DNA from: Gemmataceae bacterium | Lineage (GTDB): Bacteria > Planctomycetota > Planctomycetia > Gemmatales > Gemmataceae | DNA length: 64,000 bases | Reading direction: 5' to 3' | Assembly (NCBI GenBank): GCA_046350255.1 | Contig: JAXMAV010000033.1 | Coordinates: 5,587-69,586 of the forward strand | In this document: piece after piece, positions 24,631 through 33,631 of the stretch | Layout of the letters: each line of letters opens with the position of its first letter | Numbering within the stretch: the stretch's first letter is position 1 | Made by a program: the position numbers and the translations under genes | Notes under the pieces: generated by a model | The model's database searches: none | Seen by the model: the letters and a program-made list of their open reading frames with translations, nothing else | Told to the model about the DNA's origin: nothing

Positions 24631-25728
24631 ATGTCCCGGCTACCAGTCGCGGTCGTTGGCGTTGGCCACCTGGGTAAGGAACACGCCCGCATCGTGGCAG
24701 GCCTCCCTGGCGTGGAGTTGGTGGGCGTGGTCGATCCGCATCGGCCGCAGGCTGAGGCCGTGGCGCAGCGCTGCCAGACCCAGGCCTACACCGATTATCG
24801 AGCACTGATTGGCCAGATTCGCGGTGCCGTGATCGCAGCGCCAACGGCGCATCATCACGCCATCGCCTCAGACCTGTTGCGCGCGGGCGTCTCGCTGCTC
24901 ATCGAGAAGCCGATGGCCGCCACCGCCGAGCAGGCCGCCGAGCTGAACCAGCTGGCCGCCAACACCGGCGCCATAATCCAGGTCGGCCACATCGAACGGT
25001 TCAACCCGGCGTTCGAGGAGCTACAGCGACGGCCCCTCGCGCCGCGCTACATCCATGCCGAGCGATGCGGTGGCTTCACCGGGAGATCGATGGATGTGGG
25101 CGTCGTTCTCGATCTGATGATTCATGACATCGACCTGGTGCTAGCCCTGGCCGGCGCTCCCGTGGAACGCGTCGAGGCGATGGGAGTGGCCCTTCTGGGT
25201 GGCAACGAAGACATGGCCCAGGCGCGGCTCTTTTTCAGCAACGGTTGCGTGGCGGACATTTCCTCCAGCCGAGTGCATCCTGAGCCGCGCCGCTCCATGC
25301 AGGTCTTTGGCGCGGAGGGCTACGCCGGCATCGACTTCGGCAAGAAGAAACTGACGCTCATGCAGCCGAGCGAGGTGCTGCGTTCGGGCCAGATCGATTC
25401 GCGCCGGCTCGACCCAGCGCTGGCCGCCAGCCTGCGGACCGAGCTCTTTAGCCGCTTTGTCGAGACAGTGGATCTTGATTGTAGCCAGCACCATCGTGCC
25501 GATCAGCTGACACGCGAACTGGAAGAGTTCGTCCACTGTGTGGAAACAGCAGCGCAGCCGCGCGTCGATGGCCTGGCAGGTGCCGCGGCGCTGGAAGTGG
25601 CTCAGCGCGTGGTGGACAGCCTGCGGTGGCATCGCTGGGATGGCCAAGCTGAGGGAACCGCCGGGCCCAACCGCCTGCCGGCCATGCAGGGACGCCTGTT
25701 TGCTCCGCGCTCTGCCGAGGCGGCCTGA
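24631..25728 (+). CDS. Gfo/Idh/MocA family NAD(P)-dependent oxidoreductase
   Basis: 'VAVVGVGHLGKEHARIV...VELVGVVD', 'AVIAAPTAHHHAIASDLLRAGVSLLIEKPMA'. Confidence 0.85.
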   Translation: MSRLPVAVVGVGHLGKEHARIVAGLPGVELVGVVDPHRPQAEAVAQRCQTQAYTDYRALIGQIRGAVIAAPTAHHHAIASDLLRAGVSLLIEKPMAATAEQAAELNQLAANTGAIIQVGHIERFNPAFEELQRRPLAPRYIHAERCGGFTGRSMDVGVVLDLMIHDIDLVLALAGAPVERVEAMGVALLGGNEDMAQARLFFSNGCVADISSSRVHPEPRRSMQVFGAEGYAGIDFGKKKLTLMQPSEVLRSGQIDSRRLDPALAASLRTELFSRFVETVDLDCSQHHRADQLTRELEEFVHCVETAAQPRVDGLAGAAALEVAQRVVDSLRWHRWDGQAEGTAGPNRLPAMQGRLFAPRSAEAA

Positions 25729-25729
25729 T

Positions 25730-27676
25730 TCAGAAGCCGAAGGCAAACAGCTCGATTGGAACCGCGATCGGGTTAGGGGGTGCGATAACCCCCACGGGTC
25801 GGCCGAACGGATCGACCAGCCCGAGCTGAACGTAGAAGCCGCCGCCGAACCAGACGGGATCCACCAGGCGCTCCGGCAGCACGGTCGGATCCACCAGTTG
25901 CGGCCCAATAGGATCGCTGAGCAGCTTCGCGCCGATGGAGAACGACACGTCGGCCAGGGGGTCACCCGCACTGGTGCCGCCCACAAGCCGGAAGGTGTAG
26001 GCGCCAGCGGGAAGCAGCAGGTTCCAGGTCGTCGTCTGCCCCGCCAGGACAGAGCCGCGATAGACCAGCGTCCCGTTCTGATCGAACAGGTCGAAGGTGG
26101 CTGCCGCCGGCTGGGATGATGCGTCGAGGCCGATCTGGAAGTGCATCACACCGCCCGCAGGAAGCGCCATGCCCCGAAAGGCCTGCGGGCTGGCGGCGTT
26201 GAGTACGCCCTGAGCCACTTCCGGCAGAGACGGCGACGCGGTCGAGGCTGTCACCGACAGCCGGTAGGTGGCTCCCGGGCCAGATAGGACTCCGAGGTAG
26301 TAGACTTTGCCGGGAGACAATCCCTCCTGACGCAGCGAGGCGCCGGGTTCACCCTGGCGCGAGGCGAGCACCTGGCCACGTTCATCGAGCAACACCAGGC
26401 CGACAGTCTGGGAGCCGGCCACTCCGGCGAGCAGAGAGGTCTGCTGGGCGCCGAGGCGGAAGCGGTAGTAGTCCACCTCGCCGGCCCGGGTGATGCTCCC
26501 CGAGACGAGGGCCGGCAGCACTTTCAGGCGCGTCGCCTGGTCGGACGCATCGTCGTGGACGCGCCTGCCGATCAGACGCTGCCAGGTCTCGCGGAACCGG
26601 TCCCAGCCGCACCCCGCGCTGCCCAGTTCCGTGGACAGTCGATAGGCGCCACGGCCGAAGACATCATCGCTGGCTCCCTCGACACGGAAGAACAGGCGCC
26701 GACCGGCCTGGGCCGGCACCTCCAGTTCCAGGTCGCCCTGCCCGCAGACGGAGGCGATCACCGCGCCGCTGGCATCGAGGACGGTGACCCTGGCCTCGAG
26801 CAGACTCTGAGCCTCCAGACGCAGAGTCAGGGTGCCACTGCGCAGCGGGCGATAAACAAAGGTATCGACGTCGCCCGCAGTGGTGATGTCGGCCTCGACG
26901 CTCAGTCGGTCATTGCCGGCCTCGTCCCAGTCCCACCCGGCCAGGGTGGCCAGGCGGAACGAGGTGGCGTCAGACAGAGTGGTGTTACCGCCGGTGCCCT
27001 CAAAACGGTCGGGCAGACGCGGGCCCAGCACGGCCTGCAGCACCTGCACCTCGGCCTCGGGGAGTGCGCCCCGTGGGCCGACATAATACTCGTACCTGGG
27101 AGAATCTGGCGTGCTCAGGTTGCCTGCCAGTCCGAAGAGATGGGCGGCCTCGTGCAGAGTGACGGAGTAGAGATCGTAGGTCGAGCCATCTACGCTGAAG
27201 GGATACCTGGCATTGAATAGCAGGTCGCCCGACCAGGTGCCCGCCATCACCGAGCAGGGCACGGCAGCCGAGACCGTTCCCAGCGACAGGGTGCCTCCGG
27301 CGATGCGGATATCTCCGAAGCGCGGATCGCCCTGCAGCAGCCCGGGCGTTCCCAGGGGGTCGCCGCTGTCGGCCATCAGGGTGAGGTTGATGTTACTTTC
27401 CACCGCCCACGTCTGCAGGCCACGCAAGATCTCGCGCTGCCATTGCACCTCGGGCAACGTCGAAAACGTGGCAAAGAGAGAGCTAACCTGCGGATCGTGC
27501 ACGACACCTGCGGCATCGGTCCAAGAGGGGCCCAGCGGCGTGCCATCGGGGACGAAGCTGACGGTCAGACTTCGAGCGTCGGGCCAGGGGCTTCCCAGCG
27601 TGGCCGGGGTGCAACGCTCCTCCAGGGCTTCCAGGACCAGTCGTCGCCGACCCAGTTCGGGGGTTCTCCCTCGCAT
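25730..27676 (-). CDS. Secreted zinc metalloprotease (HExxH, metzincin-like) with PPC-type C-terminal beta domains
   Basis: Start ATG 27676 (MRGRTPELGRRRLVLEALEERCTPA...) overlaps the stop of the upstream gene (TGATG). HEAAH at nt 27140-27154. PPC-like 'GDVDTFVYRPL' and 'AGEVDYYRFRL'. Confidence 0.75.
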   Translation of the reverse strand: MRGRTPELGRRRLVLEALEERCTPATLGSPWPDARSLTVSFVPDGTPLGPSWTDAAGVVHDPQVSSLFATFSTLPEVQWQREILRGLQTWAVESNINLTLMADSGDPLGTPGLLQGDPRFGDIRIAGGTLSLGTVSAAVPCSVMAGTWSGDLLFNARYPFSVDGSTYDLYSVTLHEAAHLFGLAGNLSTPDSPRYEYYVGPRGALPEAEVQVLQAVLGPRLPDRFEGTGGNTTLSDATSFRLATLAGWDWDEAGNDRLSVEADITTAGDVDTFVYRPLRSGTLTLRLEAQSLLEARVTVLDASGAVIASVCGQGDLELEVPAQAGRRLFFRVEGASDDVFGRGAYRLSTELGSAGCGWDRFRETWQRLIGRRVHDDASDQATRLKVLPALVSGSITRAGEVDYYRFRLGAQQTSLLAGVAGSQTVGLVLLDERGQVLASRQGEPGASLRQEGLSPGKVYYLGVLSGPGATYRLSVTASTASPSLPEVAQGVLNAASPQAFRGMALPAGGVMHFQIGLDASSQPAAATFDLFDQNGTLVYRGSVLAGQTTTWNLLLPAGAYTFRLVGGTSAGDPLADVSFSIGAKLLSDPIGPQLVDPTVLPERLVDPVWFGGGFYVQLGLVDPFGRPVGVIAPPNPIAVPIELFAFGF

Positions 27677-28845
27677 CAAACACCTCGTGAGACAATGATC
27701 TTTCCGGCGGGCACGAGCCCCTCCTTCTCCGTCAGGGGACGAAGGTTGCCGGGTACGGCCGGGGAGTATCCCTCGGCGAACTGCTGCTGGCAGAGTGCGT
27801 GCAAATCGTGGCGACAGGTCATCAGGATGGCGATAATGTCGGGATCCCACTGTGTGCCTGCACCTTCGCTGAGCCGCCGCACCACTTCTTCGGGCTCGAA
27901 GGCGTTGCGAAATGGTCGAGGCCGGATCATCGCCGCATAGGCGTCGGCCACGGCGAGCAGGCGCGCTTGCAGGGGGATCTGTTCGCCAACCAGGCCATCG
28001 GGATAACCCAGGCCGTCCCAGCGTTCATGGTGCCAGCGAACACCCGGCCGGACCTGGGCCAGCGGCTGAAGCTGGCTGACGAGTTGATCGCCAATGAGGA
28101 CGTGGTGTTGCAGTTCGGCGTACTCCGCAGCGGTGAGCTGGACCTGCTTCAGGAGCAACTCATCTCGAACGCCGAGCATGCCTAGGTTGTGCAGCAGCCC
28201 AGCCAGGTAGAGGTCACTCAGCGTGCTGGCGGCCAGCCCCATCTCCTGGCCCAGGCGGACCGCCACCCGGGCCACGCACTCGCTGTGCCCCGCCCAGTGC
28301 GGCAGGCGATGATCGATGGCCGAGGTAAGGCAGCGGACCATGCCCAGAAGCGAGTCGCGCAGGCGCTCGTAGGTGTGGTTGTGCTGGCGATGGCTGACGA
28401 GCAGACGGCGAGCCAGCAGCAGGACGTTCAGGTCGATCTTGCGAAAGAGCTGGCGCGGGTGAAAGCTGAGCGCACCCAGCCAGGCCGGTTGCCCGGAACC
28501 GATGCGGACCAGGGCCGCGCTGGCGGGCCACGGAGTGATCGGCTTCAACGCGGGGTCGAGGAAATGACAGACAGCCCGGTCGCCCCGGGGGGCTCGGCTC
28601 AGAAAGACCCGGGCCCATTCCTCGGACAGTCGGGGGCAGCCTATCTGCTCGAACGGCTCGCCGGTCCGGTCGGCGTACCAGAAGACCACATCGGCATCGA
28701 GCGATTCGCGCACCGCCTCGAGCGTGAGATGCACCTGCTCCTGGGATCGACTGCTGACCTGAAGCGATTGACCCAGACGTTCGAGTACCTCGTAGGCGTA
28801 CTCGAGCGGGTTGGAAGACAGGGGCTCGCGAAGGCAGGCGTTCAC
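27676..28845 (-). CDS. GAF-like N-domain + HD-GYP family domain with an HN variant of the HD dyad
   Basis: 'HSECVARVAVRLGQEMGL', 'LAGLLHNLGMLGV' (CAC AAC at 28191..28186), 'HHERWDGLGYPDGL', 'LLAVADAYAAM'. GTG start 28845 overlaps the kinase stop (GTGA). Confidence 0.8.
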   Translation of the reverse strand: MNACLREPLSSNPLEYAYEVLERLGQSLQVSSRSQEQVHLTLEAVRESLDADVVFWYADRTGEPFEQIGCPRLSEEWARVFLSRAPRGDRAVCHFLDPALKPITPWPASAALVRIGSGQPAWLGALSFHPRQLFRKIDLNVLLLARRLLVSHRQHNHTYERLRDSLLGMVRCLTSAIDHRLPHWAGHSECVARVAVRLGQEMGLAASTLSDLYLAGLLHNLGMLGVRDELLLKQVQLTAAEYAELQHHVLIGDQLVSQLQPLAQVRPGVRWHHERWDGLGYPDGLVGEQIPLQARLLAVADAYAAMIRPRPFRNAFEPEEVVRRLSEGAGTQWDPDIIAILMTCRHDLHALCQQQFAEGYSPAVPGNLRPLTEKEGLVPAGKIIVSRGV

Positions 28846-31718
28846 GGAGAGACTCCCTGGGGGTTCGAGTTCGCCGAGTCACGTAGCAGGGCAATGGCGC
28901 GGAGAAGTCCACGAAACCGAGCATCGGCGCGGAGCGGTTCGAGGTCCGGGTCGGTGGGCAGGAGGCGATGCCCGAAGCCGGCCTCGAGTGCCTGGGATAG
29001 TAGCGAGAAGGCGCGATCGGCCTGGTCGCGCTGGCTGCGCGAGCAGAGGGCGTGAATGCCGGCCACCTGGTAGGCGATCTCCGGCGTGCTGCCATTGCGG
29101 AGCGCCTCGCGCGCGTCGGCCAGAGCCAGTTCGACCTGGTTCAGACGAGCGCGAAGCACGCCGCGGCTGGCGTGGGCGGCAGGATGCCCTGGTCGGAGCG
29201 CGAGCAGACGATCGAGGGCGGAAATAGCCTCGCGAGTGCGGCCCAGACGTTCAGACAGGACATGGGCCCGATTCTGCCAGCCGGCCAGCGAGCGCGGATT
29301 GAGACGCAGCGCCTGGTTGAAGTCGGTTAGCGCGCTCGGAGCATCGCTGGCGATCCGGGCCACGCCGCGCGCGATCCAGCCTTCCTCGTCGTCCGGCGAG
29401 CGCGTCAGGGCTTCGAGCCGATCTTGCTCGGCGCCTGGCAGATCGCCCAGCACGCGCCGGAGGCGAGCGCGGATCAGCCGGGCTCGGGTCATCACGCGGT
29501 CGCCGGCCAGTGCCAGGTCGAGATCTTCCAGGGCGGCGCGAGGTCGCCCGGCTGCCTCGTGCGCCAGCGCCCGGGTCACGCGCGCCGGCGTGAACTGCGG
29601 GTGCAACTCGAGCGCGCGGGTGAAGTCGTCGATGGCGCGATCGAAGCGCCCCAGGCGAAGGTAAGCGATGCCGCGGTTGTACCAGGCGCCCGAGTAACGC
29701 GGACGTAGCGCCAGGCAAGCGGTGTAGTGGCCCACCGCCTCGGCCTCGCGCGCGGGCCCTGTCCCTTCCAGGCAGCAGGCGCCCAGGAGCGACCAGGCCG
29801 CGAAGTGCTCGGGATCGACGCTCACGAGTTGCTGTAGCGCGGTGGTCGCGTCCGCATGATGGCCGCGCATTACCAGGTGGACGGCCTGCAGAAACTGATC
29901 GGTGGAGCCGCGCAGCGGGGTGTGCTCGCTGCGCGAAAGCAGCGCCTGCGCCTCGGTGGCGCGGCCCAGGCGGTCGAGCAGGTCAGCCCGCTGGCGCCAG
30001 AGCAGGCGTGGCGTCTCGTCCTCGAGATAGCATTCGGCCGCCCGGCCATTCAGCGCCAGCGCCTCTTCCGTCGGAGCGTCAGCAGCCAGGAGAAGCAGCA
30101 GCTCGCCCGCCTGGGTCCGCAGAGTCTGCTGTTCGGCGGAAGACAGATGGCGCGCGGCGGAATGGGTCGTCCAGTCGGGACGGTCAAGCACCGCAAAGCG
30201 ATCGAGGGCACACCGAGCCAGGGCGCGCCCCACTTCCCGATCCTCGGACTGTTCGTCGCGCCCGGTAAGCAACAGACGAGCCGAGCGCAGATCCTCCTCG
30301 AATCCGTGCAGACTGGCGCGAGCCTCAAGACGCATCAGGCTGCGCGAGCGCAACCCCAGCGCCACCGTCATCGTCACCAGGAGTACCGCAGCGCCCAGGG
30401 ACACTGAGGTCAGCGAAACGACGCGCGGATGCCGCGCTGACCATTTCTTGAGTCGTTCGATCAGCGAAGGCTCGGGAACATGACGCAGCGGGCGATGATC
30501 AAGCTGGCACTGAAGATCTTCGCGTAGCTCGTGGACCGAGGCGTAGCGGCGCGCCGGATCGGGCGCGAGGCAGCGCCCCAGGATGGCCCGGACTGCGGGT
30601 GAGATGACCGGGTTGAACCGGCACGGATCGGGCACCGAGGTCAGACGCTCGCGGATCATGGCCGGGACGACGAAGCCTGCCTCCCCCTGGAACCGCGTGA
30701 ACGGATAGTGTCCCGTGAGCAACTCGAAGAGCATAACGCCGAGCGAGTAGAGATCGCTTCGAGCGTCCACGACCGGCCTGCCTCCGCCACAAGGGTCGGG
30801 CAGCCCGAGAAAGGCGGCAAGATGCTCTGGCGCCATGTAGGGCAGGGTGCCTCCCACCTGCGTGGCGGGCGGTCGGCCTTCCTTCAGATCCTCGGCCAGG
30901 TTGAAGTCGAGGAGCATCGGCGTGCCGTCGTCCGTCAGCAGGACATTGGCCGGCTTCAGATCGCGATGCAGGATTCCCCGGTCGTGGGCATGGGCCAGCC
31001 CTTCGGCCAGGCACGTCCCCAGCCACAGCACCGCCTCGACGTAGGTGCAACCTTCCAGGTGTTGCAAGGTGGGCGAGCGCTCCCGTGGCGCGGGCACTGG
31101 GGTGGGCTCACCCGGCGGGACGGCGGGCGTTAAGCCTCGGGTTCGGCTGCTTCGCCCTTCCAGTGTGGTGATGAGCCCCTTGCCGGAGGCGGGTAGCGCG
31201 GCCTGCCCCAAAAGATCCTGCAAGATGTCGGCCAGGGTGGTGGCGCCGAAGAAGGGCATGCAGACAGCGTAGAGCGGCCCTGTCTGATGGAGGGAGTAGA
31301 TGGGGACGATGTGCGTGTGCTGCAACTGCGCTAGCCGTTGCGACTCCGGGTGGATCTCGCTCGAAACCTTCAGGGCCACTAGACGTTGGGCAAGATCGCC
31401 CTGGCGCGCCAGGTAGACCCGGCCGAAAGTGCCGCGCCCCAACTCGGCGATCAGCCTGAAGTTGAGGAAGGTGGTGCCCACCACAGGAAACTGCACGGGA
31501 GGCGAGGGTCGCTCGGTTGGAGATGGGGTGTCGGACTGCGGTGGCGGCTCCGCGCTGGGTAATGAGCGCCAGGACCAGGCGAAGGGGACGCCGGGCACGT
31601 CTCCACCCGCCAGATTCGCCGGCACCAGCAATTCCGCTCCGGGCCGCGCGTCCGGTTGGGGCTCGCGGCTTCCTTCCGGAACGGTCAGGATGCCCAGCAT
31701 GGAAACCACCTCAAGCAA
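28842..31718 (-). CDS. Ser/Thr protein kinase with TM helix and C-terminal TPR repeats
   Basis: 'LGRGTFGRVYLA', 'VALKV', 'HRDLKPANVLL', 'DFNLAE', 'GTLPYMAPE', 'SDLYSLGVMLFELLTGHYPF'. TM helix 'VVSLTSVSLGAAVLLVTMTVALGL'. TPR-type 'YNRGIAYLRLGRFDRAIDDFTRALELHPQ'. Confidence 0.9.
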   Translation of the reverse strand: MLEVVSMLGILTVPEGSREPQPDARPGAELLVPANLAGGDVPGVPFAWSWRSLPSAEPPPQSDTPSPTERPSPPVQFPVVGTTFLNFRLIAELGRGTFGRVYLARQGDLAQRLVALKVSSEIHPESQRLAQLQHTHIVPIYSLHQTGPLYAVCMPFFGATTLADILQDLLGQAALPASGKGLITTLEGRSSRTRGLTPAVPPGEPTPVPAPRERSPTLQHLEGCTYVEAVLWLGTCLAEGLAHAHDRGILHRDLKPANVLLTDDGTPMLLDFNLAEDLKEGRPPATQVGGTLPYMAPEHLAAFLGLPDPCGGGRPVVDARSDLYSLGVMLFELLTGHYPFTRFQGEAGFVVPAMIRERLTSVPDPCRFNPVISPAVRAILGRCLAPDPARRYASVHELREDLQCQLDHRPLRHVPEPSLIERLKKWSARHPRVVSLTSVSLGAAVLLVTMTVALGLRSRSLMRLEARASLHGFEEDLRSARLLLTGRDEQSEDREVGRALARCALDRFAVLDRPDWTTHSAARHLSSAEQQTLRTQAGELLLLLAADAPTEEALALNGRAAECYLEDETPRLLWRQRADLLDRLGRATEAQALLSRSEHTPLRGSTDQFLQAVHLVMRGHHADATTALQQLVSVDPEHFAAWSLLGACCLEGTGPAREAEAVGHYTACLALRPRYSGAWYNRGIAYLRLGRFDRAIDDFTRALELHPQFTPARVTRALAHEAAGRPRAALEDLDLALAGDRVMTRARLIRARLRRVLGDLPGAEQDRLEALTRSPDDEEGWIARGVARIASDAPSALTDFNQALRLNPRSLAGWQNRAHVLSERLGRTREAISALDRLLALRPGHPAAHASRGVLRARLNQVELALADAREALRNGSTPEIAYQVAGIHALCSRSQRDQADRAFSLLSQALEAGFGHRLLPTDPDLEPLRADARFRGLLRAIALLRDSANSNPQGVSP

Positions 31719-31937
31719 CAGAGCAGGGACAGGGGCTGCTCTCCGGGAAGTCGGTCAGCCTGGAGCCGCGAGGTCGGAAGGGGAAATCTCTCGGATCCGG
31801 TTCGATTCTCAACTCTGGGAGATGAACGGGAGGCGGTCAATTCAGGCGGCCTGGAAAACGCCGACAAGTGTGTCGAATTCCTGTGAGGCAGGAACCAATC
31901 TTGCTCCGGCAGGAATTGCCCGGTCGAGAAAACGGCT

Positions 31938-31971
31938 CCCGCCCCGGAAGTGTGAGGCCCTCCGGGGCGGG
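31938..31971. other. Perfect 11-bp GC hairpin in the divergent intergenic region
   Basis: CCCGCCCCGGA (31938-48), 12-nt loop, TCCGGGGCGGG (31961-71). On the minus strand it is followed by AGCCGTTTTCTC. Confidence 0.5.
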
Positions 31972-32062
31972 TTATGTGAAACGGGTTGGGAGGTCTCCGC
32001 CCCGTGCTTGTCTGCAGGGAGAATGCGCTTGCGACTTCGACTTGCGCGTCACCAGCCATATC

Positions 32063-33628
32063 ATGGGGAACGAACCGGTTGCTCCATCGTGGGGAGGGAT
32101 GACCATGTCGGAACCAGGGGCTCCATCGCGCTGGTGGATCTGGCTACTTGTCGGGGCGGTTCTGATCGGGGCCGGACTTATGTATCGCCAGTCCAGCGAG
32201 ACGCCGCCGCCGACTGTGTTTCGCTGGGGAGGCGACGCCTCCGGCGGTGAACCGTTCCTGATCGAACGTCCGGGGAAGCAGCCGGCCGGGTTCGAGGGCG
32301 AACTAGCCGTCTACCTTGGTGAGAAGCTCGGCCTGCCGCCAGAATTCGTGCAGCGCAACTGGGCGCAGATGCCACAGGATCTCACCCGGGGCGACATCGA
32401 CGCCATCCTGAACGGCTACGAGTGGTATCCCAGCCGCGAGGAGGTGATGGCCTCCACCATTCCCTACTACGCCTACCGCATCTCGCTCATCACCCGGAAG
32501 AACAGCCCCATCCAGGGGTGGGAAGATCTGCGCGGCGGTCTGGGGCGGCGCAAGCTTCGGGTTGGCGTGCTGCGCGATTCTTCTTCGCATCGCTATCTCG
32601 AAGAGCATTATCCCGACGAGGTCGCCCTGGAGGCCTACGACGAGGAGGGTGTCACTGGAGTCATGCTCAAGGTGGCAGAGGGAGGTCTCGACGCGACGGT
32701 GCAGGATACGCCGGCCGCCCGGTGGTATTTGCGGCAGAAAGAGTTTGATCGGCTACACGAGGTGGGAGAGCCGATCAAGCCGGCCCGGCACAGCTATTAC
32801 GTCCTCTATGTACGCAGGGGCGACGAGGGGCTGCGCGACCGATTGAACGAAGCCATCCGCGAGGGGTTAAAGGATGGATCGTTACGCCGGATTTACGAGA
32901 AGTACGACCTGTGGAACGACGACCAGGCCGGCCTTCTCGAGGTGGGGCAAACCTGGCCACCCGCCGAGGTGGCGATTCGCCGCTCGATGGGCTGGTACGC
33001 GAGGCAACTCGGCCAGGCGGCACTAATGACCATCGCACTGGCGGCCTTATCGTTCCCCATGGCGATGGTGCTGGGGTTGGCCCTGGCAGTGGGTCGGCTG
33101 TATGGCCCGCGCTGGTTGGCGTATCCCCTGGCGTGGTACGTCGAGCTAATCCGGGGGACGCCTCTGCTTCTTCAGCTCTCCGTCATTTTCTACTTCCTGC
33201 CGGTGATCCACATCACGCTCAATCCCTTCTGGGCTGGGGCACTGGGCCTGGCGCTGAACTACGCCGCCTACGAGGCGGAGATCTACCGGGCCGGGCTGCT
33301 GGCGATTCCTCGCGGACAGATGGAAGCGGCCCTGTCGCTGGGGATGCGTCCCGCGGTGGCGCTGGGGCGCATTCTCGTGCCCCAGGCTGTCCGCATGGTG
33401 GTGCCTCCGGTGACCAATGACTTCATCGCACTGTTCAAGGATACCTCGATCTGCGCGGTCTTCGCCGTCACGGAACTGACCGCTCGCTACCGGAGCCTGG
33501 CCGTCAACAACCCGGGTCTGCTGCTCGAACTGGGGTTGATGACCGCCCTGCTGTACTTACTCATGAGTTATCCTCTGTCTCTGCTGGCGCGCAGTCTGGA
33601 GCGGCAGCACCAGCACGTGGAGGGCTGA
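32063..33628 (+). CDS. Fused amino-acid ABC transporter: substrate-binding domain + permease (His/Glu/Gln/Arg/opine type)
   Basis: TM anchor 'WWIWLLVGAVLIGAGL'. SBP_bac_3-like 'GELAVYLGEKLGL.PEFV...W..M...L..G.IDAILNGY'. Permease 'LIRGTPLLLQLSVIFYFLP' and EAA loop 'EAALSLGMRPAVALGRILVPQA'. Start 32063, 32099 or 32105; the track start 31868 is unlikely. Confidence 0.85.
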   Translation: MGNEPVAPSWGGMTMSEPGAPSRWWIWLLVGAVLIGAGLMYRQSSETPPPTVFRWGGDASGGEPFLIERPGKQPAGFEGELAVYLGEKLGLPPEFVQRNWAQMPQDLTRGDIDAILNGYEWYPSREEVMASTIPYYAYRISLITRKNSPIQGWEDLRGGLGRRKLRVGVLRDSSSHRYLEEHYPDEVALEAYDEEGVTGVMLKVAEGGLDATVQDTPAARWYLRQKEFDRLHEVGEPIKPARHSYYVLYVRRGDEGLRDRLNEAIREGLKDGSLRRIYEKYDLWNDDQAGLLEVGQTWPPAEVAIRRSMGWYARQLGQAALMTIALAALSFPMAMVLGLALAVGRLYGPRWLAYPLAWYVELIRGTPLLLQLSVIFYFLPVIHITLNPFWAGALGLALNYAAYEAEIYRAGLLAIPRGQMEAALSLGMRPAVALGRILVPQAVRMVVPPVTNDFIALFKDTSICAVFAVTELTARYRSLAVNNPGLLLELGLMTALLYLLMSYPLSLLARSLERQHQHVEG

Positions 33629-33631
33629 GCG

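Noticed and set aside
24631-25728. Tempting to call the Gfo/Idh/MocA oxidoreductase after lpxC a GnnA-type UDP-GlcNAc 3-dehydrogenase (GlcN3N lipid A pathway)
   Set aside because: No adjacent GnnB-type aminotransferase, and the family is too broad to assign a substrate from motifs. I left it as a generic oxidoreductase.
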